Part shown: positions 55,102-64,000 of the stretch, piece after piece
Position numbering within the stretch: position 1 is the first letter of the stretch
Layout: each line of letters begins with the position of its first letter
From: Octopus vulgaris
Taxonomy: Eukaryota
Length of the DNA: 64,000 bases
Reading direction: 5' to 3'
NCBI GenBank assembly: GCA_951406725.2
Contig: OX597816.1
Location: forward strand, 98,642,001 to 98,706,000
Made by a program: the position numbers and the translations under genes
Notes under the pieces: generated by a model
Told to the model about the DNA's origin: nothing
Seen by the model: the letters and a program-made list of their open reading frames with translations, nothing else
The model's database searches: none

Positions 55102-55199
55102 TTATTTTATTTATTTATTTAATTATATATATATATGCATGCATACGCGCACGCATACACAAACACATATATATCCAAATGCGCAAATCTACTTATATG

Positions 55200-55249
<50 letters not shown>

Positions 55250-55476
55250 AAAATACGTACATGTATTTACATATGGTTAGAGAGACAGACAGAAATATCA
55301 AGCATACATACAATCAAATGCATTATTTTTTATTTATTGGAGAATTGAATTTAAGAGAGTCAAGATCCGTTGCCAATTCAAGTAAGCAAATTGGCATGAC
55401 ATTAGAGAAATATATGGAAGCCTTTCCCCAAAGAGAATATACTGTCTACTTTGATCCCTTATTTCAGTATACACCC

Positions 55477-55531
<55 letters not shown>

Positions 55532-58050
55532 AAATGTTGATCGTCTACATTTGATAGCAATTTGCTCCTGAATTTATTTAGGTGCATAAATATTTTGTTC
55601 ACATTTTGGTAAATAGCCAACTGCATAAAATATAGAAGCAGCATTGACTTTCATGATTATACATAAATATACACAACTCCCTGCCCCAATTACAAGTTAA
55701 GCGCACGCAAATAAACATACACATATACATGCATGCATATGTACACGCGAAAACGCATGTGTTTGTATAAATTTCAGTGTGTGTATGTGTGCGTGTGTGT
55801 GCGTGTATGTGCATGTTTTCTATGTTTGTGTAAATATATGTGTATGCTTAAAAGGTATGTAAGTATATGCATGCATGCAAATGAAGACGCGGAGCTGCGT
55901 GGTAAGCAACTCATTTCACAACCACTTCGTTTCGGTTTCAGTATATCTAATGTGCCATCACCTCGGGTAAATATTCCCTCTGTCTCTTCGATATCCTATG
56001 CCATGTATATACAGGAGAAACATTTCACAATGCATTTGACCTGTGTAACACACTACAAATAATTGTTCCTTTGATGACTTGTAATACGACTCTACTACAT
56101 TCAACTGCACTCGGAACATCAAATGCAGAGATTGCAAAAATCCTTTATAGTGAAATGCACGTAAGAACAATTGACACAAAATTGTGTTTATCAAAATTTT
56201 CCTTACATTGTCAATATATGATGTTTAGTAATACTCCTAATTACAGTAAGTATCCTTACAATGATGCTGGAATAGACTGCATGATTATATACTGCGTGGA
56301 GATCTTAACTCAATAGCAGCATTCGTAAAACTAAGTGTACAAAACATGATATACTATACACAAACACACACTTACCCACACACACAAACACAAACTCTCT
56401 CTCTCTCTCACACACACACATAAATATATGCATCCGCACACGCATACACACACATTCACACACAATCATGCACACACATATGTATGTATATATGTATATA
56501 TACAATACAATATACAATGAGGTAGCTATTAATTTAATGGGTATCGCATGAATATAAGTCAGAGTACTTTGACAATGATTGTTGATATATTCAACGAGTT
56601 TGGAAAATCAAACAGTTGAAAAACACACACGTAAGAGATGTGTGTGTGTGTGTGTGTGTTTTATGCGTATGTTTTTATGTGCGAGTTTTGAGTGGCATCT
56701 TTAGAAACAGAAGCAGGCAGACAAGCAAACTGCAAGGTACATTGATATTGCATTGCAGCGATGCATTTGGAAAACGAAGGTCGAAGTTTACGCACTGTTT
56801 ATGAGATCTGGCAGTAGTATTAGCGATCACTACAGAATGAGAACGAGTGATGTTACTTTTGATGAATAAATCCTCGAGATTTAAACAAATGAGCTCATTT
56901 ATCAATCACAGTGTGCCAGGCGCATTATATGTGTACTTATCAAGAATCTCATTAGAATTGAACTATACATAGTCCTTCATGTGTTTTAATCTCTTGAAAT
57001 TGTATGTTATATATCGTACATCTCTTATAGCGTTGTGATAGAATTTCTGAAATGTTAATCTGGGTTATTTGAAATGAGAAGAAGGATTTCGTATTTTTAT
57101 TGCTCTGTCTGTTGCGATTTTAGTATGTTTATGTTACAAATGTGCTTTAGTGCTGTAGAAGGCTCATACATGCTCGTAAAAATATATTTATAGATCTCTG
57201 TTTTGCAATATATATATTCCTAAATTCTGTGCGAATGATGTTGATTTACTAGACATGGCATACGTGCGTTACTAGATATGGTATGAATTATAGAGGAATT
57301 CCACAACGATTAGATTGTGAGCCAGATAGAAAAGTTCATCCCCAAGCCCTGTCATCCTGTGATCTGTCTGGAGGATTCTTACAAAAATTTGATGAATATA
57401 CAAAATATTAAAGTAGGTAATTCATCTAATAGGTTTCCTTGCTCGATCCGGTAGCTTTGCTGGTGTGAAAGTCAGTAACATTGCTTGCACTCAAATTTAT
57501 AAATGCAATGACATTGTCCAATGGAAATTGTCCTAGTGATTAAAGTTTTTTTTAGTGGTTTTAACAGAAAGTATTCATCGACTTTGAAGTATTAAGCTTC
57601 TGTACGATAAATGGGGTGTAGACAATATTAGACTAATGCCCGGCTTAAATATTAGTGAAATTTAAGTGGCTCCTCATATTGAGAGTTAGCACGAATAGAA
57701 GCTCTCATATAAATATAATACTTGACACCATTGTCGGAGTCAGCATCAGAAACGATCGCCCTATTGTCTTCGACTAACAAGAGACCCCTTTACCAACTCA
57801 TTTTGTTAATGCTGTGTTACAAAGTAAAATTGATTGTGTTCTAATTAAAAATTCTACTATTTCTCGACAGACTATCAATAAATTTATATAGTTTTATTAT
57901 ATTCACGTTTCACATTAAACATCCTTCAGTGACAGATTATAATTTCTACTTTATTATCTTTGGCTAATTGCCATGGAGAAGCAGACTTCTTTATATCATA
58001 TTATCGCATACTCCGTAAATAGCACCTACGTTAGCCAGGGGATGGTGTTG

Positions 58051-58080
58051 CTGCTGCCACTACTACTACTACTGCTGCTG

Positions 58081-58121
<41 letters not shown>

Positions 58122-58122
58122 G

Positions 58123-58190
<68 letters not shown>

Positions 58191-58286
58191 ACTACTATTG
58201 CTACTACTACTACTACTACTATTACTATTATTATTACGACTTCTACTACTACTACTACTACTACTACTACTAATAATAATAATAAT
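58051..58286. repeat. (CTA)n/(CTG)n/(TAA)n microsatellite
   Basis: Directly visible; explains the poly-Leu ORF. Confidence 0.97.
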
Positions 58287-59484
58287 CGATAAGATTTTAA
58301 AATTTTAATATATTGTTTGTCGCTGTCTTATAATCAGTCTCTCGTATTTCATGCGTGATTTTTGTTTTTGTGTGTTGACTAAAAGTTCCGTGTAAGTCTG
58401 CCTTCACTAAGAAAATATTATTAATTAACTTTAATTGCCAACAACAAAACTGGTTTGAATGAACAATTTCAGACTGCAAAGAGAAAATGGTAGAAACTAA
58501 GATAAGCTACAATTGTCTAGGTGTTTTTTTTTCTTTTCTTTTCCATTCTTCGCTAGACAAATTTATCCATCATGCCACTTTTACCACAATAAAAATAGAA
58601 AATCACTCCTGTGTTGTATATTCTGAATTGAAATGAATTTCCTATAATGATTGACTATAATGAACATAATATAGATAATAAGAATAATTATAATGCAACA
58701 CAAGAAGATACATATAAATGCTGAGTCGTATTGTAAATTAAACTGTGCAGCACATTAAACTATTACATAATACAATGATGTGTAAAGAAGATGATGCGCA
58801 AATCTAAAGCTGGTGTAACAGTTTCATTTTGTACTCCGCGTTCATATTTGTGCACAAAACGTTTCTTTGTGTTTATTAATTTGTACTTGACAAATACATC
58901 TTGGCTAAATCTGTGTAGGGAAAACTATCAAGCGCAAGCAACATTACCGAAAATACAGATGCCAGAAAGAAGAATTAGAACATGATGGTAGTTATAAGTA
59001 CATAGGTATTTGTAATCTAGGGGTAAGTAGCACTTACTAACGAGAAAAAAAATAAGATAGGAACACTATCGTAGAGTAAGAGCTATTCAAGAAAACGAGT
59101 TTGTGCACGCAAGACATTTGAGATCATAATCACTTTAGGCATGATAGTAATCACATAATGTTTTCTTTGAATTCAAAAAAATTCAAGACAAAATCAGAAA
59201 GCTAATGATAATGCATGCTATAAATCACCCGAAGGCATAACGGAAAATGGTAATACAAAGTTCCTATGCGATTTTATAATTCAGTGCGACCATGAGATTG
59301 AGAATAGCAAGCCATATATAGTGCTAATTGAAAAAGAAAGCAAACGATGCTGGATCAAAGATTAAGCATGCCCAGCTGACAACAAGTTTCGCGATAAAAA
59401 GAAAGAAAGGTCTATAGTTATGACAGACTAGATTGGGAGGTTAAGCAGTTGTGGTCGCTGAAAAGGTGGTAGTAGTACCAATAA

Positions 59485-60489
59485 TTAGTTAGTTAGTTAG
59501 TTAGTTAGTTAATTTTTTGGATCAAAAAGCAAAAAGCAAGGCCATGTAGGGGGACATGGAGTTATGTACAGGGTGGTGTTCATGTAAAGAGTTCAGGCCA
59601 CTTGAGGTCAAGGGAGACTTTGAACAAAGCGGTCGTCGGCATCTTCACCATCTCGTCTGGCAGCTTGTTCCACGGATACGCAACCCGGACGGAGAAAGCC
59701 CCTCTCCTTCGATTAAGATGAAATCGTCGCAGATAGAGCTTTTCGGAATGACCCCGCAGTCGACGCTCTGGAGCAGGAGTGAAGAACAGCTCTTTCGAGA
59801 GGTTACACTTTCCGCTTATGATGTTGTGAGCGAGAATGAGATCACCACGGCGGCGGCGTTCTTCTAGAGAATAAAGGTCGAGCGTCTTCAGCCTTTCTTC
59901 ATAAGACAAATTCTTGAGACCATGAACCATGCGGGTAGCCAGCTTCTGGACTCTTTCGAGATGCTGTATGTCTTTGAGGAGATAAGGAGAAGAGGCTTGA
60001 ATCCCGTACTCCAATATGGGTCTCTCCAGCGTGACATAGAGCGGTAGGAATATGGCTGCTGTGAGCATTCCGAATGACCGTCGAATCAAGAACAGAATTC
60101 CGCGTGCTTTGTTGGCAGCAAGGACGCACTGGGCCGAAGGCGAAAAGTAGGAATCCACCAAGATACCCAGGTCCTTTACTTAATCGGTCCTTTCCAGCAG
60201 CAGACGACCCGGCTCGAAATCAAGTTGAGTTGCAGGAGGAGAGCCAACAGGCAGATGACAGCACTTTGACACGTTCAGACACAGGTCCCATTCGTTAGAC
60301 CACCTCCAAAATTTGGTGGAGGCATCGACGAAGATTCTCTATATCACCGCGAGGAGCGACCAGTTTGACATCGTCGGCAAATAGAAGGGTGTGTTGCGTG
60401 AGGTCGTCGGGCAAGTCATTTATGAAGACTAAGAACAATAAGGGCCCAAGCACTGAACCTTGAGGCACGCCACTGCTCGCACTGGAGAC
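59485..60489 (-). mobile_element. 5'-truncated, comparatively young CR1-group LINE (RT core and C-terminus) with (TAAC)n tail
   Basis: [30 protein letters not shown] in 60295-60489. ORF 59580-60161 has RPILEY..LERVQKLATRMV.GLK.LSYEERL..LDLYSLEERRRRGDLI..RGH..WNKLP. (GTTA)n at 59485-59512. Confidence 0.95.
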
Positions 60490-60715
60490 GTCGGAGCCCT
60501 GGGAACAGTGAGTAAAATCTTTATAAGTACGTGCAATAAATAGGTGCTGCAATAAGGGTGCAGAAAACAGCACTGCTTGGAACTGTTCGAATACTCCGGA
60601 TGGTGCTCGAAAAATAAGAAGTGTTCACTGATAGTGAACTGCTGGCACCCTAGTACATCTCCAGCGATAGGGGATGTGCAAAGACAATAAATGAGAAAAA
60701 TAATAATAATAATAA
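60490..60715 (+). mobile_element. R4/Dong-type LINE 3' end with (TAA)n tail
   Basis: Plus strand VGALGTVSK...[18 protein letters not shown], short 3'UTR, then taataataat. Confidence 0.85.
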
Positions 60716-60789
60716 TGATGATGATGATGGTGATGATGATAATGAGGATGAGAACAATAATATCAATAATAATAATAATTAGTATTAAT

Positions 60790-62560
60790 AATTTTTTCTT
60801 TATTGAACACAAGGGTCGAACACAAGACAAAGGATTATGTAAACTGTAAAATGAAAGCAATAACAAGTAATAATAAGACAATTCAAACAGTAAATTTCCC
60901 CTTAAAATGTTTGGGAATCAAAGGGCTCCAATGCAGAGGGCGCCTTGTGCGGGTACCCATCCCATCTCCTTTTTCTCCAGCCTACATGTGCATGCTCAGA
61001 GTAGGCCCATTCTCAGGACTATCTTCACTATTTTTACATACCTTTCAACAAAGATACTGGTGTGAAAGGCAACACTTTCTTCTCAACCCTCACTTTCCAT
61101 TCCAAGAAAAAAGTCAATGAGGCCTTGGATGAAGAGGGAAGTGTTTGTCTTCAGATCTTTCAGCCTTGTCCATCGCACGAACTCTGTCGTCACAGCCACC
61201 AGGCAGAGGAAAACTTCCTGTCCTCTCCGTCCAAATGAAGGCAGCAGGGCGATTTTCAATCGATAGCCTGCTCCGTTCTGCATTCAACAGCATTTGTTCC
61301 ACAAGTGAGCGATTCCATGACACTAGGCGAATGCATGTAGAACGAATTAACCACCCTGCGCGCTCCTAAGGTGGGTTCATCTGATAGCAATTCCCGCTTG
61401 TAGAGCTTCTCTTGCACTGGCAGAGCTTCGCAGTAGCATTATAAAGCCAGGGATTTCAGCAACATAATCTTTGGCCCCAGCTTGAAGTCTTGCAGAAAAG
61501 ATCAGTTGTTTGGTATCTCAAAACGCCCAGGCACGCCACGAAGACGTCATAGCTCTTGTTTATCACCATTCCACTATCGAACCCCGAGGTGGAACGACCG
61601 CACTGTGCGATTAGAACAGGGTTTTAAGAGCTTGCCGATACTTAATGCCAATTGCTCTTCCTCGGTCGACGTTTGATCCAAAGCTACAGCTACGTCAATG
61701 AGATGAGCTGCAGAAACTCACATCTGACAAAAGGCGACCACACTAGCCACTGTCGAGGAAACGACGGAGACGTCGCAACCTCAGCACATGCCTGCGCGTC
61801 ATTATCCACGTTATACCTAGCCCTCTTCCCTGCTGCTTCTGCTTCCGATAAAGAAGAGTAAGTACCTCGAAAGCAGAAGAGTAAGAGCAAGGGAAGACAA
61901 TCAGACAAGTGTAGATGACGGAAGCGATATGCACATTCACCACACTCGCTCTGTCTTTCAAGGACAGCCTTCACTCGTGGTATTTCTGTGTGAGAGTGGC
62001 CACCCTTCTAGTCATCTACCAGTTCTTATCCTCCTGGAGATCTGCACCAAAGCAGACCCCAAAGAACTGACCCTTCCGTCTAGTGCCCGATGACGCTTGC
62101 TGGTCACACGAACCTACCAAGCTGCAAATCTACCGTCTTCTCCTGGATGATTTCTGCTCCTGTCACCGATTCATACTCACTTATGGTATTGCCGATCTCT
62201 TCGATATCCGATATATCCGATATTATTACGGTGAAGTCGCCTGCATAATATGACACTAAATTTCCGCATCCTCATTCACGAGGTATGCGTCTTGAAACAT
62301 CCAACTTTTATAGAAAATGTTCGAGAGCCAGCACGTACAGAAGAGGCGAGAATGGACATCTTTAACAGATAGAAAGTGTGATGGTAAATAATTCAAACTT
62401 TGACCAGCGCACACATGTCACCATACATTACAGCTATCCAGCCTCTTAAAACTGGATTGAAACCGGCTGCCACGAGAAGAGCCCACTAGTATTCCTAGTC
62501 GATCCTATCGAAAGTATTCCATTGATGAAAATTGATCAGGGCCACAACAGGGAGCTACGG
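60790..62560 (-). mobile_element. Degraded L1/Tx1-type LINE ORF2 (RT and zf-RVT) with 3' polyA signal
   Basis: Minus strand ALINFHQWNTFDRID (D..KAFDRV), CPFSPLLYVLALE, YAGDFTV (YADD), RLSLKDRASV, GLGITWIMTRRHVLRLRRL and ALPVQEKLYKR. AATAAA followed by an A-run at ~60803-60792. Confidence 0.88.
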
Positions 62561-63310
62561 AGTGTTTGACAGCAAGAGCTTCAGTCTTGAATAGTACCGA
62601 AATGCCCAGAAATTGCCTGTCTCTCGAGATATATTGTATATTGAGCATTATTTCTTTCACTGTTCCTTCTACGTCTCTATCACTCGCTGAATCTGAACTT
62701 TTGTGTTAATGGAAACCCATTTATATACTACTATTTTTGTGTGTGATTCTGCCAACACCTCAAGTGTGGGATGAATATGTCAGACCGACAGTTTTCGAAT
62801 TCGATCAATTTGGCATCCTTGCCAGATATATGTCTTTATGTAAGATATATACTTTAGTATCTTTGAAACAGTTGCTGCTAATGCATTGTTGTCGCTGATG
62901 TATTTCTTGCTACTCACGTTGAAATTATTGCTATCCTTTGTATTGCTCTGATTATCATTATCAGTTGTTTTCCTTGTCATATATGTTGGTATGATTTAAG
63001 TCATGGAGGTGTGAACATGTTGGCCGTGGCCGTGTTTATTGTAGTGTTGCTGCCGTGTTCGTAGTAGTGGTGTTGTCGCTTTCGTTGTGTGGAATCAATT
63101 TCATTGCTGGAATTAAATTCTCCTGTTTTGTGACTATTGTTACTGTTGTCGTTTCTGCTGTTGTTTCTCGTGATAGACACAGTGTGATGCATTGCTCAGC
63201 TTCTCTCTCATTTGAGGGTTGAAGGCGGAGAACCCTCACGTGTATTGCAACTCTGAACCAGCACTATCTCTAACTTTCTGCTCCATGTCACAGAGCAGGG
63301 CGGACATCGT
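62560..63310 (-). pseudogene. Degenerate N/T/Q-rich coding-like stretch, possibly ORF1 of the adjacent L1/Tx1 element
   Basis: Short staggered minus-strand ORFs from an ATG at 63307, abutting the RT with no recognisable endonuclease region between them. Confidence 0.35.
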
Positions 63311-64000
63311 CAAGTTTATTTTAAAACTTATTTTTGCCCAAAGATAAAATGAAAATTTCTTTCCCAATTTTAAATCTCCAAATGGGGACAAACAAACAAT
63401 TTTGATCCTAAGAGGCCCTGGTGGCTTCAACAATCTTTTTGTAAGAATATCAAGCAACTAACAATTTTTTAAGACGCGATAAGGACAAACTTACGAGAGA
63501 AACGACGCACATACTATTTTCGTCTAAAATCTTATACATCTAAACTTTGCCTATTGCATGATACAAAAGATGAAACCATTTCACGATGCAAGTTCATAAA
63601 ACTATAAGTTTAAAAATTAATTTTGTTTGGTAATACGCCTTTCTTCCTTACGTTTCTCTGACTTGGTAATTTTGCCAAAAGTATATCTAGAACTACTCTC
63701 AAAAATCATATTCTTCACCGAATGTCGGCACATTTCACAAAATTATATGTATTTTGCTGCAAAATTTTCAATCATATTTGTTTAATTTTTTGTGTGCTTA
63801 AATTTCGAACACCTTTAAAATGATTGTGGATTTTGTACGTAAATTAGGAATACATTCTGACATAAAAAAGTACTATTTTTCTTTCGCTCCATATAACTAA
63901 ACATTAAAAAACCGTTGAAATACTCTGTGGCATGTTGCAAGAAAAAAAATATGACATTGTGGCGTTGTACGCTATTTAACAATGGATAGCTGCGACGGTG

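Noticed and set aside
57973-58308. Poly-Leu ORF resembling a signal peptide or transmembrane protein (also poly-Ser/Val at 29074-29415 and poly-Ile at 16878-17120)
   Set aside because: Pure (CTA)n, (AGT)n or (ATT)n microsatellite.
63540-64000. AT-rich stretch with ACCTTTAA resembling a TTAA-type DNA transposon end
   Set aside because: No partner terminus could be identified within the window.

Overview
This is AT-rich, microsatellite-saturated animal genomic DNA. The SINE families, R4/Dong LINEs in (TAA)n and overall repeat make-up point to an octopus or other coleoid cephalopod (inference from repeat recognition). I can support no intact host gene, rRNA, tRNA gene or CRISPR array. Most ORFs in the track are translations of (TA)n, (CA)n, (TTA)n or (CTA)n repeats. 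The window is mainly decayed transposons. DNA transposons: a near full-length Chapaev3 (CMC) element with CAC-type termini, two mariner relics, a piggyBac remnant and a non-autonomous Helitron. LINEs: CR1-group, L1/Tx1 and several R4/Dong copies. There are also many SINEs, two with clear target-site duplications. At least six Penelope-like element (PLE) relics are present, several with inverted pseudo-LTRs and hammerhead-ribozyme cores. Four observations stand out: (i) the PLE inverted repeats carrying hammerheads, one with a fully intact core; (ii) a minus-strand bias of TE coding remnants, suggesting an intron of a plus-strand gene or a uni-strand piRNA-cluster-like locus; (iii) an inverted duplication that copies a mariner end together with flanking DNA; (iv) one orphan candidate coding exon. 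Family assignments come from manual translation and motif recognition, not database searches. Boundaries of degraded elements are approximate.
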